From Podarcis liolepis (lineage: Eukaryota): a stretch of 64,000 nt of DNA. The position numbers and the translations under genes were made by a program. The stretch lies in the NCBI GenBank assembly GCA_965112155.1, contig OZ218100.1. One strand, written 5' to 3'. Shown piece by piece: positions 23,595-40,750 of this stretch; position 1 is the stretch's first letter; every line of letters begins with the position of its first letter. The notes beneath the pieces were generated by a model. It had not been told where the DNA came from, did not search any database, and saw only the letters and a program-made list of their open reading frames with translations.

Positions 23595-26384
23595 TAATCC
23601 CGTATGTTAAAAGCAACTTCATTTTCTGAGTGTGGATCCCTGTCCAGTAAAATGTCATCACCCATGCTGAAGAAAGGCATATCAGCCAGCTTGGGGAAAT
23701 CCCATGGCTTGCAAAAATATATAAAAAATAAGGGACTCAATATAGCTCTGAGCATGGACAGTAGCCACAGGATGCTGGCTGACTTGTGGAAAATGAATGG
23801 GACAGGGAATGGGGTATCTGAGAAGAGGCACGGCTGGAACCCTAGACAGCAACACTTTCCACTGCAACAAATTCCACTTGTTGCAGGCTCCACATGTTCA
23901 TTCATTCTTAAGTGCTTGGGGGAGGGAGCGTGATAAGAGGCTGTATAGAATATAGAACGGAGAACCTCCCTGCAAGTTTACAATCTTAAGATTAGAATTC
24001 AATACACAAGAGGGGATTTATGCCTCATGATAAACTTGGGCCATCCCATATCATGAATCCAAAACTCCAGGGGAGTTGCATCTGTAAGACACCTCAGCAG
24101 TGTATCCGGCCCGGCTCTGGGTGCAACACACTTGCAGGTGTTGCCAAGAACACCCAAAACATGCATAAATGAACAAAATTGGGATTGTGCACCCCAAACT
24201 TAGCTTTGGTCACCCCTGCACCATCCATCCACATGTCCAGCAGAGTAGAAGAGGAGGCAGCATATGAACCAATGTTTCATTTTGGCACAAGCCACTCTCA
24301 AGCATAGTGTCTGTAGAAATTAATAATGCACCAGTTTGAGCTGCCCAAATGTGTCTGCTTGAAGTTTGAGCATGCATGCACTGACATGTATTATGACAAA
24401 CTTGTAAGACTAGATACGTTCAGAACAAGGTAACTATAATCTCTTAACAACTGAAATTTAGAGGTTTCTTGTGAGATTTGCATAAATGCTGTTAATATAA
24501 AGTAAATTTGCACAGAATGCTGGTTGGGATGCTTCAAATAACTATATCAAAACATACAGTAAAGAGTTCCACCAGGCTGCAGTTTTATACCCACTCTCTA
24601 GAGAATAAATCCCATTTAATTTCAGTGGGTATAAAAATATTCTGAGTAGATATATATTGGATGGCACTGTTAGTAACGTAACAAATTTTTGACACACAGA
24701 CTATATGATGGGTGCAGGCCTTATCACCTATTCCCTACTCTCGAGATATAGATGCTTCCAAAAATCATGTTCTGGAATGATATGTAATAAACCGCATGGG
24801 AAGAATTTACTGCTTTTAGTGGTATGGCTCAAGAACTGTGGATTGTATCCAAGTCATCCTGTTCCCACCAGGACTTGTTCCCACCATGAGATTTCCCCTC
24901 CCTCTTCTCTAATATGCTCCATAGGATCAAGGGAACTCCCCAAAAGAGATTTGGGAAGCACACAGGGATTGGAGGGAGGAAGTTCTGTTACACAAGTGGA
25001 AGTTCCAGCACCAGCAAAAAAACTTTATAGGATACAACCCTATTTAAATGTTTCCAGATGTGAACATTTAGAAATGTCTATTTTACATACAGATTAACAC
25101 AACTTAAGTGCAGTGGATCATAGCATCACAGTGGAATGCAATTCAGATACATAATCCAACCTAATTAGTGTATATTGTTGTTTAAAGCAGTTTGGGGTAT
25201 TATATGGGACACAGATGGCCTCTGGTTTTTTTACAGAGAATGTCTTCAGTAAGGTTGAAGGGGATGAAGGTCCAAAGTCCCGTACTTCCTTCACTTTGAA
25301 AATGCAAAAGTATATACATGTGCATTTCCGTTCTAAAAGATACATGGGAAATCCTGAATTACTATTATTTTACCTAACACAAGTACAACTAACCATGCAA
25401 TGTGCACATATCAAATTAGGCCATGGCGTAATTTCAATGTGAGATTATGGTGTCTTTAAATCTTACATATTGGGGTGGCGGACTGCAGGGACAGGGTCCC
25501 AATGCAGTCCTCCCAAGTTTCTCTATCTGGTCTTCCCCCCACCCCATGCCCTCCCCACTAAGACCCTGTCCCTCACATGTCCTTCTTGGCACCCTTGAGT
25601 GTTTTTGCCTTGAACTCTAATAATACCTTGCCTGCATGGAGAACAGAGAGGTGGGTGGGTGTGGGTGTGTAGAGACTAGTCTACTGTATAAAAGTAAAAT
25701 TTACATTGGTTGTTCCACCCTCATTTGCCCCTAGCCCCACCCACCACTGCCATGTGGCATTTGGAACATGGAACATGCCCAGGAGGGAATGCAGTCCTTG
25801 AGCTGAAAAACATTCCTCACCCCTAAATAGATGTGTTTTTTCACATGTACGAGTCCAAATGTACAAAACTGGGTGCTTGCCGTCAGAGTGGGTCTTCGTC
25901 CTATTGCTGTTGTGAATGCCTGTAGTTTAGCCAGTAATGAAAACATGCTACCAGTGTCACCAAATTGCAGCAAGGGACATAATGGTGTGTCATCTGCAGT
26001 CATGCAGGCAGTAGGATTATAAGATCTCCAAGGTGCCTTACAACTCTTAAAAGGCTATGATTCCGTAACCAATTTCCTAGTGAGTCTTGATGATTGTGAA
26101 AACAGGTTTAAACAGGCATGTGCACAACAGCTGGTGAAATCTCCAGTTGGATGTGCTGCAGGGGGAGCTTAGAAGTTGCAATGGAGAAATGGGACTAGGC
26201 TTCAGTGTTCCATATTGCATCTTACCCTCACTTGTTGCCTACAACCTGCCAACCTCTGCTATAAAGACACTGTTAACCTCTCAGGAAACCTCTGATTGCT
26301 GCAACACACTTGGGGCTTCCTTTGAAAAGCATTCAGAAACTACAGCTAGTGCAGAATTCAGCAGCCAATTGTTGACTGGAACCA

Positions 26385-26728
26385 GGCAGTCAAAGCATAT
26401 CTGACTGCACTGGTTGTCAGTTTGGGACCCCGATATCTTAAGGACTGCATCTCTCCATCGGAACCTACCCAGATCCTGCTAATACCATCAGACGTCCTTC
26501 TCTGTGTGCCCAACCTCTCCCCTACCACAAGAGGTGTGGTAGGTGGCAAGGCAAGAATTTTTCTGTGTATGTATGTAAAGCAAAACTCAATAAAAATTAT
26601 TTAAAAAGAATGGGCTTGTCCAGTGTTGTCGCCATTTGTAGAATGCTTTTTCTAGGGAAACATATCTGGCATTGTCATTGTCAACTTTCAGAAGCTAGGC
26701 AAAGCATTGTTGTTCACCTAGGCTTTTA
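26385..26728 (+). mobile_element. L2 LINE 3' fragment
   Basis: Translates LGPRYLKDCISPSEPTQIL...LLCVP, like the L2 ORF2 C-terminus; ends ...tgttcacctaggcttt. Confidence 0.6.
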
Positions 26729-29153
26729 AGTTGTTAAATAGGATCATACTAGAGTCTGATTTAGGGGTTTTATTTGGCAGGGGAGGCTTTTTCCCAGCAG
26801 TATTGTTGGGTGAATACTTTTTACATAAAATGTGCACTTTTGTTGCATTTTCTTGATGTATTTTTTAATGTTTGTTAATCTTGTTGCTTTGAGTCACTCT
26901 TTGTGTAGAAAGTGACAAATAAATGCTGATGATGATTGTTAATATTCCCATGGTTAGCAAATACATTTGTTTTTACATAATTTAAAGTTACAATATTGAC
27001 TTGGTACAGTCCTGCCTGCAAAGTTCTTGAAAATAATCAGCGTCTATTCGAAGGGCTGCAAGTATAGCTGTTACTTCCTCTTACTTTTGGCAGGGTGTTT
27101 GTACTGTCCTCCTAAGGTATCTGTTCAGTCCAGTCCTCTCCATAAGTGGTTGGTGCCCTGGCTCATCCTAAAGGGGACTGGACTTCCACCCTTTCTCCAA
27201 TCCCAAAACTGCCATTAACCACCTCCATGACCATAACTAGATATGAATCTCTTTAGATTTTTTTTTTAAAGTCAGTGTACCCAAGTGGTATAAATAGCCT
27301 AAAGTGCGGCAGGGCCCATGGTGTATGGTAACTGTTCAGTGTAGTCTGGCAGCTAGCCAGACCCTTAGATATTTATCATCCTCTATATATAAAACTGATT
27401 TTGCACAGCATTTTGAATTGTAGAGAAAAAGGTTAGGAGCTCCCCTACCCCAATAACAAATTCCTTTGACGTCTCTCCTGATTTGTTTCTGAGCTGATCT
27501 TGTACAAGGCTTTCAATAAGCTTTTCTCATACAATCTTGCATGGAAATAGACTTCACTGTGCTCCAGTCTACCTGACAGCCCCATTTAACTGGCATATAT
27601 CTTGAGAACTGGTGTTGCCAGCCAGAAGGGAGAGGCCTAGATTATCAGCCCAGTTCGGCCATGATTGTCTAGGGCACATCCTAATTCCTCATGTAAAACT
27701 GTTCTTCACATGTAAACGTTGGTAAATATTGATTTAGTTCACACAGCTGGAGTTTAATAAACTGTTAATTAGTACAGATTAGACATGACAATCTATGCAA
27801 AACTTGCAGTGAAAGATCACATTTCAATAGCCACATGGTCCAGTGAGGACAGAGATGTAAAATGGTTTTATACTTGTTCCCTTCAATGTATACAGTATGT
27901 TGTATTTTGTGAATGTGGTTCAACTATGCCGAGCTCTAGCATCCGATTAACACCTTGAACCAACCTGCTAATTAATATGTTTTTCCTGTGATACCTCCCT
28001 GATCCAAATACTTAGAAGCAAATCATTGATTTCAGTAAAAAAAAATCCATCTCATAATGTCTTTGTTAGTAACGTGGCATTGTTTGCCACTGCAAACACA
28101 AGAGGTACAGTAATTCTGGGGTAGACAGAGCAGATCAAAAGAGGTTTTCTGTATGTGTCCTAATTCAATTTTAAACACTTTCCTGTACAATAAACCCATT
28201 TGCTTCCATTCCTTCTCCCAATGTGATCTTAGCATCCTATACTGGAAGAATGCGAGTTCATGAAATGCGCCCTACATTGGATTAAAATTAACCCACAACA
28301 AAAGCGTGTGATCTTATGAATGAGCCCTAGACCACAATAATTGATCCTGAATGAAGAGATGTGATACAAGAGCTCTAAAAAGTAGCATTAGTCTGAGATA
28401 AAAGGGTGTGCTTGTTTATGTGGTTTCAGACAGGAGAGATGAATTAGCGGCCAAATTTAAGAAAACGAAAAAACCAAAGGTACGCTCCTTAAGGCTGCAA
28501 TCCTACCACACTAACCAGGGAATGAGTTCCTTCCGAGTAAGCATGCACAGGTTGACCCCAGCCTTGTTCACACCTTGCACCGAACACAGGTACAAGCGTA
28601 TGTGAAAGAGTGTACACGTGAACAAGTCGGTACAACTGCGATTGCAGGTTACACACTCACTGAATGCAACCCTTACAGTAAAAAGTACTTGAGTTTAGCA
28701 CGGGTCCAAACCTATCTTGGGCGCCCGTTGCAGCTAAGGCGGCCCTGCTCCGAGTCCTGGCCCGCCCTGACTTACCTGGGAGTAAAGCCTATTGAACAAA
28801 GCAGGCCTGTTTGCTGGCCAATTCCCCTTCCCGCTCCGCAGGCGGAACGAGGCTGAGCGAGGGGGATCCGCTGCTGGCCAGCTCCTTCCCGGCGCGGCCG
28901 AGAGGGAAACGCGGCGGGCTGGACAGGCGCGTAGGCCGCAGCCTCGCCTCCCCTCCCGCCCTCAGCCCCGGGCCGTTTCCTTCCTCCCCCTTTTCCTTCC
29001 TTCCTCCCCTCCTTCCCGGGGCCTGCCTGCCCGGCACCCCCTCCCCGAGCCGGGGGCTTCTTTCTCCTTTCAGGGCATGGCGGCTCGGGGGACTATTTGG
29101 GACAGGAGCCCTCCTGGCCCGGGGGGCGGAGGAGGTCCCGGCCGGCAGACACT

Positions 29154-29350
29154 CCTTATACGGCCCGGCCCGTGTTACCTGGGCGCGGGCCAGGCGCTCC
29201 TTCTTTGGGCAGCCCCGCGGCAGCGCAAGGGGCCTGGGGGGCTCCGGCCAGGCCGCCCGGGCTCGCTCGGTGCCCGACACCCAAATATGGAGACATTCCT
29301 GTGGGTCGGCGGCAAGGGAGGGAAGAGCCCGGCCGGGAGCCTATATAAAA
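29154..29350 (+). promoter_or_regulatory. ACTA1: ACTA1 proximal promoter: three CArG or CArG-like boxes, MCAT, TATA
   Basis: CCTTATACGG 29154-29163, CCTTCTTTGG 29199-29208, CCAAATATGG 29281-29290, CATTCCT 29294-29300, TATATAAAA 29342-29350; known skeletal-actin promoter layout. Confidence 0.9.
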
Positions 29351-29371
29351 CCCACCGGGCTTCCTCGCAAG

Positions 29372-29436
29372 CCCACCGAGCTGTAAGAGCTGGGAGAAGC
29401 AGCAACCGGAGCTAAGAGCCAGGAACCAACCCGAAG
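29372..29436 (+). other. ACTA1: ACTA1 non-coding exon 1 (start approximate)
   Basis: ~25-30 nt after TATA; donor AAG|GTGAGG at 29436/29437; acceptor ctccag| at 31300, 12 nt before the ATG. Confidence 0.75.
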
Positions 29437-31240
29437 GTGAGGAGCGGGCGGGCAAGGGGGATGGATCCGGGCAGGACCACATGATGTGGGGGGAACTCCC
29501 AGCCACGCGGCCCGGGGGATACCCGGGAGAGGGAAGGTGGAGACATCGCAAAGCCAGCCCCGATAGGAGGGAGCCTTCCAACTCCTCTCCGGTGCAAAGC
29601 AGAAATGGGCAACAGGGAGCAGAAAGCAGCTGCATCCAGCCGCCTCCGCCTGGCGTTCTTCAATTGCCACTGCTATTTTTTTTTATTAAAAAAAGGTTTT
29701 TTACATTAAATTATAAAAGAGATCCTGCCTGCATCCAGCCTTTAAACCAATCCGGGAGCAAGTTTTCAAATTATGCAGAATCTCTCACTTGGCTTACTTA
29801 GGCTGCTGCTAAGACTTGTGAAGATTCTGACACACACGCTCATATTGTAAGATGGAATCATCCGTAGCCAGAGTCTGCGGAGTCCCACGGCAAGGATCTC
29901 TAAGATGTGGGCTCAGGGTCTGACTCTGCCACCCACGGAACTCTTGTGACTTTCAACAAGTCGCTGCTGGCCACTTGGAGGGGACTCTGAAGGAGAGCGG
30001 AGGCTGGAACTGACAGCTGCCAAGTTATAAATTGCCTGGGATGAACAAATCCACTTCTCACTTGGAACATAACTGGTTCCATTGGTATTTATCATTAAAT
30101 TAGAAGGTCTTTGAAGAATCCTGCCCTTTTGTTACCGTGTTTTATATTACTGAATGAATGGTAATTTTACTGTGTGTTAGGCACAGGATGTTGAGCTACA
30201 AAGGACAGGAACCATTTTCTTTGAAGGATGAGATTTGATTCTGGGTTATTCTTTTTTCATCCTTTGCTTCCATAATTCCCGAAGTTTTCATGCACAGAGA
30301 AAGGGCTCACCCAGTTGGAAGCCTCTGTTACACCAAGCCAGATTCTGTAGGGTGTAGCTAGTCCTGTAGAAAGTCCCCAGGACAATCCATCATTTGCAGC
30401 ACTACAGCTCAGAGTGTTTAGTGCTGCCTGGAAGTACAGGTATGCCCAGAAGGTTTATCAAGGAAGCAAGCCTTCAAGCTTTTCCTTGCAAACCGTATAT
30501 TCCACAAGGAAAAATATCCCCTATTTTGTGAGCTGTTGCACGCTGTGTCGTGCTGTTCAGATTGTGTGACAAGGTTTGGGTTATCTCCATTGAGATGTAA
30601 AATGGACCAACCTTATTCAACTTTGTCACTCTCTGAAAGTGCTAGCCACTTTAGCCATGTGTCAAAAGTTTGGTGGCGGGGTGCCTTTGCTAAAGCTCTT
30701 CAGCATACTTCTAATTCCAGGCACAAGAGCATAATACCTTGTATATTAGCATCTTAATATGGGGATCTAGAAGTGGGTGGCCTGCACATCTTTTAAGAGG
30801 GAGTTTGATTTAAATTTTATTTTTCAAAGTGTACAGCTCCAACCCTAACCACATTTACTATAGACCAAGTACCACTGAATTCAGTGGAGCTTCCTTCTTA
30901 TTCAAAATGTGTTGGGTTGCATTGTAAAGCCTAACCTATTACTCTGGAAGTCACTGGAGACAAATGGGACTTCATCCTAAGTAAATGTGATTCAGTTTCT
31001 CGACCCCAATAAGTTCATCTAACTGTGCTGAAGATTCAGCTGTTACTTGGTTTGCAGTTTGCAGATCTTTATTAACAATAAAGTAAACAGGTAGAAGGGG
31101 AACAGAAAATAATCTATTTTGCGGCCAGTGTAGGAACTGCTTTCTCCAGATTGATGGCCTATACACCCCCACCATGGTGGAGACACCCTGTCAGACTTCC
31201 ATAGATGAGAATTCTGCCCGTAGCCTCTAAGCTTTTGTGA

Positions 31241-34869
<3,629 letters not shown>

Positions 34870-35141
34870 ACATGTTTACAAAAAAAAAAAAGGATCATTA
34901 TTATTACTTGGTTACTACTCTCAGGATGACGACATTGTGAGTTGCAGGCTGTTGAACACCTGCAACAGCCACCTCAACGTTCTATTTTGTAACAATGTCT
35001 TTGTTGCTGTTGCTGCAGACGCCATGTGACACTGAGTGTATGTAAAGTGTACATAAAATTAATTTATTTTACCTCATTTTGTTATTTTTCAAACCAAGCC
35101 CTGTGGAAGGAAACCAAAAACAAAAAAATACTTCAAGAAGC

Positions 35142-35147
35142 ATTAAA
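35142..35147 (+). terminator. ACTA1 polyadenylation signal (ATTAAA)
   Basis: gaagaagc-like context (caagaagcATTAAA...gtcattctgt) recalled from ACTA1 3' ends. Confidence 0.7.
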
Positions 35148-35749
35148 TCATCAGTCATTCTGTCATGCCCCAATGCAGCTGGCTTTGTGTGATTTATTGC
35201 TCTCAAATGCTGTGGGTTGTGCTGTTTCAAGCCTTCTGGCTTTTTTCTTTCAAGTAGTTGCAATACATAAATGGGATGGGGAGGTGCTTTAAAAAGGGAA
35301 CCCACATGATAATGATTTGGGATTCTATAAAAAGACTTTGATTTCCAGAAATCCACACACACAGGTTTCTGTGAAGAGGGTATGCTTAAAATATACACAG
35401 AGCTGCTACTACAGATGGCTCGGTCAGACTGAGTGATTAACCCTAGGTCACCCAGTGATAGCTAAGCACGGATTTTAATTCATATTCTAATCTCATGCTC
35501 TCAGTCTGTACCACACTGGCTCTCGGGACTGTTGATGGAAAGAGGAAATTCTTTCTAAATAAGAAAAAATAATTTCAGTTGCATTCTTGTGTTTCTAAAG
35601 AAACCTAGTTTCTGTCCTCACAATCAAGTTTTACAAAGATGCATAACATTCATAACAGACCCAGTTGTTTCCTTGCATTGTACGAACTCCTTAACGAGAT
35701 AAAAGTTGTTTTCCTGCAGAATTCAGAGACACTGTTTAAGGATATCCAC

Positions 35750-35935
35750 AACTGCCTTATTACTAATTCAGACTAATGGCCCATATTCTTGCCTATCTGT
35801 ATTGCTGGAGAGTTTCCACCAAAGATCTGTCCAAGAGTCTTGCTACGTGAGATCCTTTAATTAGAGATGCCTGGAATTAAACCTGAGATATTACATATGC
35901 AAAACATGTGCTGTGCCACTCAGCTATGGCTCCTT
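35750..35935 (-). mobile_element. Degraded Squam3-like SINE
   Basis: tgccactcagctatggctcct is the reverse of the SINE head; aactgccttat matches the tail. Confidence 0.55.
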
Positions 35936-38900
35936 CAATTACTGGGTGTCAAACCTAACTGAGCCAAGGACCTAAAATACCCCAGAGGGCAGGACAGATT
36001 AGCACAGCACACTTGGTGTGCAAAGGGACTTGCAGCTCCCAGCTGTTCTTTTCTTTACCATTCCCTCTAAAGGAATTGCATTAGATTCTCGCTAATGTTT
36101 TCTGAGCTACCATACAGTTGGAAAGAGTCTGAAGGTCATCTGGTCCATTTTACTTCAGCCAAAAGCCTGCCACATCCCAAGGGCTTAGAGCAAGTTACAG
36201 TGTGGTATCATAAGACCATTTCCTGTTTGGAACACCTGCAGTCTAAATGAGTTTAAAACAGAAATCACTTGCACTTTTGGCACTAAAGGGAAACTCCTTC
36301 CTGACCTGACAGCCCAGCCCTCCATTTCCATCATTCCCATTCTCTGGATTCTTAGAAGCATTTCCATCCTCCCTGAGGCAGCACAAACTTGCCTGTCCTT
36401 TGTACTTTTTCATCTCACCCATCTACCTACCTCGCTCTTGCACACACACCCCTCTTGGCAAAGCCTGGTATAATCTAAATCTGTATTGGCTTCCCAAATC
36501 ACATGTGGATCTGTGACTGACCATCCATAGATGGCTGGGGCCCATCACTACCTTTAGCATCTTCCAAGCAGGTAAAACAGGCTTTGTAGCATCCACAAGG
36601 AAGCACAAAGATGGACTGAGCCCAGGTGGGAGCAACCAGACTTGTGGAGCCTTCGCAGAAATCCTGCTCCCATTTTCCTTCCAGGGCAAGTGGGCAGTCC
36701 TTGCATGGTGATGGGATCCTTGGCAGCTTAGCCCCACTGTATGTCAAAAGCAGAGAGCAGGTGCAGACCAGAGGCCCCTTGCCAGAGGAGACTAACACAA
36801 GGACACATTCAGTAAAACAAGCTCAGATCATCAGGCTTGGTAATGAATCAAGCCAGCTTTCTCAGATGCCTTGCTGGAAATGCTGCAAACGACAGATGTC
36901 TCGATGACACAGGGTGGGAAAGGTGATACTTTCGCAAGGCTGGGCGCCTTTTGCTCTCTTTTCAGCAACAGTGGGAGCAGTTGCAGAAGCTGGACGAGAT
37001 TCCTCCCGTACAAGCCCCACACAGAACTTCGGGAGCAAGAAACAAGAACAAAAGCCAAGCTCTTCTGCAATTCATAGAATTGTAGAGAGTTGGAAGGGAC
37101 CCATCTGTTCCAAACCCCTGCAAAGCCCCTCCATCGAAACTCATGCAGGAGATGTTCCCAGTGACTTGCGTCCTTTATTCTTGGGGTGGGTGTGAAATAT
37201 GTAGATCTAGCCCATGGGTCCTCCTCATCTGACCTACTTTCCCCAACCCGTGGCAATTTAACTTAAACAACAGCTTCCCATTGGAGCCAGCAAGAATTTT
37301 AATGGGGGAGTGGAGCTCAAGAGGAACCCTCCAGTGCTGAAAATAGAATGAAAAAAGAAAAACTCCTGGTGGCTTCAACGGGAGGCTGTTTTCAAGCCCA
37401 GTTGCGTCAGAGGGGAACATTTGGGAGTGGGAGGGTCACAGCTGGGGAGAAAGTTTATGCATTCTTGGGAAGCAACATACAGTGTAAACCGATGCCAGTG
37501 ACAGATAATGGAATGTGATTCTATTAACCAGGCAACACGTACGTCAGACAAGCTGACCTTGGCAAACTGGAAGGGAGCAGAACTGAGGAATTTCGTGCTT
37601 CACAATGTTACCAGGAGGCAGTATCACCTGAGCAAAGCGGCTCCTTCTGAACTGGTTTCTCGGCACACTCAGAGTAAAGCCTCAGGTTCTCCTCAGGTGC
37701 CAAAATGTTTTGGGCCAGCCCTGTATGGGGATAATACAGGGCATTTGTAAGGACTGCAAGAAGAAAATGCATGGGAAGTGCTTTGAACACTTGAAAGCTC
37801 TATGCAAATATAACGATAATGACTGCTGTTACTATTACTACTATTCCTGGGTTTTACTAGGGTGTCCCGTTCTCCTATATCACAGGGCTGATAGGAGCAC
37901 CAAATGTCTCTACCTAGGCTTCAGAGAATTTACAGGCTGAACTTGGTGAAGACCTATTTATCCAGCTTGGAACAAAAAACAGAAATGTTTTCAATTGTTT
38001 CTGGGGATGTGCAGAGAGTGGGCACCTGTTGTATGTTGACATGCCTGCTATTCCACAGAACAGGGGCAGCCCTGCTTCTGAGATCTTTGGAACATGCAAG
38101 AGAAACCCTCATGCAGACCGCAGGGCTCTTCTCTAAAGTATTCCAAGAGTGCTTTGCAAATATATGCCACCGGCTTCCCGTCAACATGCGGAATGCTTAT
38201 TTCACAAGTCAGATATAGCAAGGCAGCAGGGCTTTAAAAATAGAGAGGCCTGGCTTGCAGACCATAAAATGCAGCTCCCAAGGAAAGCTGCCCAGGAGGT
38301 TCTTGCTTGCCTGCCGCCTGCTTTCAAAATTTCATTGTGCAAATCTTCACATTATCCAGATAGTTGCCGTACATCCAGCACACGTGTAATTCCATCCTAT
38401 TTCAGGGAGCAACGTCTTCAGAATCAGACCCTGCTTGCCCCTCTCGGTTTGACTTGCCCCCTTCTTGTGGCCCCAGACTTCCTTGAAGTCAGCCTGTGCT
38501 TATTGGTGGACCATAGAACTGCATAATCTTCCTGCTATTCCTATCGCCCTTCCTGCGTCTGGAGGGCATTGCTGGTTGAAGGGATATATATGGAAAGGAA
38601 GGAAGGAAGGTGCCTTCAGCCCAGTGCTTTTCTTCTTGAAAAAAACAGTGCTGGTACTCACCATGAAGTTGTTACAGTGAGTGCCACACTTTTAACCAGC
38701 GCTTTGCTTCTAGGGGGGAAAAAAGAGGTGCCAGTATTGCATCCCCCAGAAAAAAGCACTGGTGGTGGTTATTGGGATGGTAGCATGGAAGGCAGAGAGG
38801 CTAACAGTGGCTGGAGCCAGAGCCAAGGACTGGCAAGCGAAGAAGTTCTTGGTGGGGGGGGGGTTGTCCCCATTCTCCTCCCTGCTGTGTTCTACAAGGG

Positions 38901-39450
38901 AAATCTGGAGACTAAGAAGGAGCCACCACTTGGACTGGTTGTGTGTAAAAAGGCAGGTGGGTTGGGGTTGCCTGAGGTTGAACAGATCAGCTTCCACTGT
39001 GTGCAACGGATCAGGGTCCACAGGTCAGTGGCAGAATGAGCTACTTGCATTCAGAAGGCCCTGAGTTCAGCTTCTGACACCTCCAACTGAAATGATCAGA
39101 GTTGGCTTCATCAGGACCAGGAGGAGCAAATCTCATCGCCTGTCACAAGATCCATTTAGAAACAAACCAGAGCCATTGCTGAGCCGGTGTATGCACTACG
39201 GATGAATTCAGCGTAGCACTAAGGAGATTGTTCTGTCAACATAAGAATTCCGCTTGACTAGCAAAACTATCTCCCCTTTCCTCTCTCCTGCACGCTGTTC
39301 TGGGGGTTCCCACAACCTTCCAGAGCAGATTGGGGTGTGTGGCGTGGCGTGCGGCTGCACCGGGAGAGGAGAGTGAGGGGAAGCTCCATTGTGTTAGGAA
39401 CAGCCCTTGGGCTAACATTCACTAACGGAACTGAGTAGCTGAATCTGGCC

Positions 39451-39666
39451 CTATACCTTTAAAGTCTAGTTGAAACACACTGCCCACCTCAGAGAATTCT
39501 GGGCACTGGGCACACTCCTCTCTTGTTTGCCGAGACAGACGGATGGGTTAAGGGTTTGCTAAGGGTTAAGGGTTGCTAGGAATTGTAGCTCTATGGGGGA
39601 TAAGCTACAGTGCCCAGAATTCTTTGCAGGGGAGGAATGTTTCTTGAATGTGCTTTAAAGTTATAG
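39451..39666. mobile_element. Old palindromic MITE-like element
   Basis: Inverted arms tatacctttaaag...gaattctgggcactg / cagtgcccagaattc...ctttaaagttata. Confidence 0.6.
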
Positions 39667-40196
39667 TGCGTATATGCAGCCTGAGTCTCCAGGATAGGGA
39701 AACAGCCTCTATGAAAACCAATAGGTCGTAAGTTGAAATCTAAGGCTCTTCTGGGATATTAGCTTGAATAAAAAGGAATTTACCACATACAAAGGCTCTA
39801 AGCTCCTGAACTTTCTGCTGGGCCACTGTTTAGCTGGAGGTCTCAAGTCTTCTTTGCACAAGGGAATTCTATATGAAAATCACTTCCCCCTCCTGGGGCG
39901 ACCACCAAGCTGTTACTGTGTTGATGAGAATCTGAGTGTTGAGAACGTTTCTGTGGCTTGAAACCTTTCAACAACAAAAAAAGATACCTGAGGATTACCA
40001 GAAGTTCTCTGTTACATGAAGACCTTTGGCAACATTGCAGTTCATACTGGATTACCATAAGGCTCTGTTCGTTATAGAGGCAGCCTCAAACCTTTTATTT
40101 CAGAGTAGTTTAAATATAGTAGCCAAGATATTTGCCTTATGCTAGGACATTAGCCTTCATAGTAGATTGCTCTTTCAGGGCCAAACTAGATGATAA

Positions 40197-40750
40197 TGTT
40201 GTACACCACCCCTGTTTCCAAGCGGGGCACGATTTCAAGGGTTCCAGGCGCTTACCAAGGATTTGTGTTTCTTTTGGAATGAGGGACAGCGGAGACTGTG
40301 ATGTCTTTATGATATATGGTTTATTTACTCATATATACAACCTGAGCCTACAATGGAGGGGCTCACGGCATTAGCACCCCAAGATGGCCTTGCTTCTCCC
40401 ATAGCCACAACCTTGGATTCAAGCAGAAATCAGGCATGGCTCTCTCTCTCTCTCTCTGGCTTCCCAGCCTGCACCTTTGCTTCTAGCTTCTAGCTCACAC
40501 ACCTTAACTCTTCCCTTTGTCTTTGTCTTTCTAAGTACCAGCAAGTTTTGGGGGAGGAGGGGAGCATTTGTCTTCTCGCTACATCCTTTGTTTCTTAGGT
40601 ACCTGAGGTACCTTAGGTACCTTTGTTACCCATACTAAGGCCATCAACTCATCAGGAAGCTAACCGGGCTATTCCAAGAATTGAATCTGTGCTGGATCCA
40701 GGAATTTGAAGGGGGGTCAGGCATACAGCCCCCCCCCCCAGTTTATAACA
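40197..40750 (-). mobile_element. Solo LTR (Gypsy/ERV-like)
   Basis: TGTTGTA...TATAACA ends, flanks ATAA/ATAT (4-bp TSD with one mismatch), minus-strand AATAAA at 40320-40325, internal (CT)n. Confidence 0.6.

Larger units (their letters stand above)
28720..29660. other. CpG island at the ACTA1 promoter and exon 1
   Basis: Very GC- and CpG-rich stretch in an AT-rich background. Confidence 0.9.

Noticed and set aside
28789-29801. Stack of overlapping 100-200 aa ORFs on both strands
   Set aside because: CpG-island artefact over the ACTA1 promoter and non-coding exon 1.
37072-37123. Part of ORF 36914-37195 (HRIVESWKGPICSKPLQ) as coding sequence
   Set aside because: Matches the CR1 3' tail (tcatagaat...gagttggaa...ccaa.cccctgc) seen at 46929-46985, so it is a repeat fragment.
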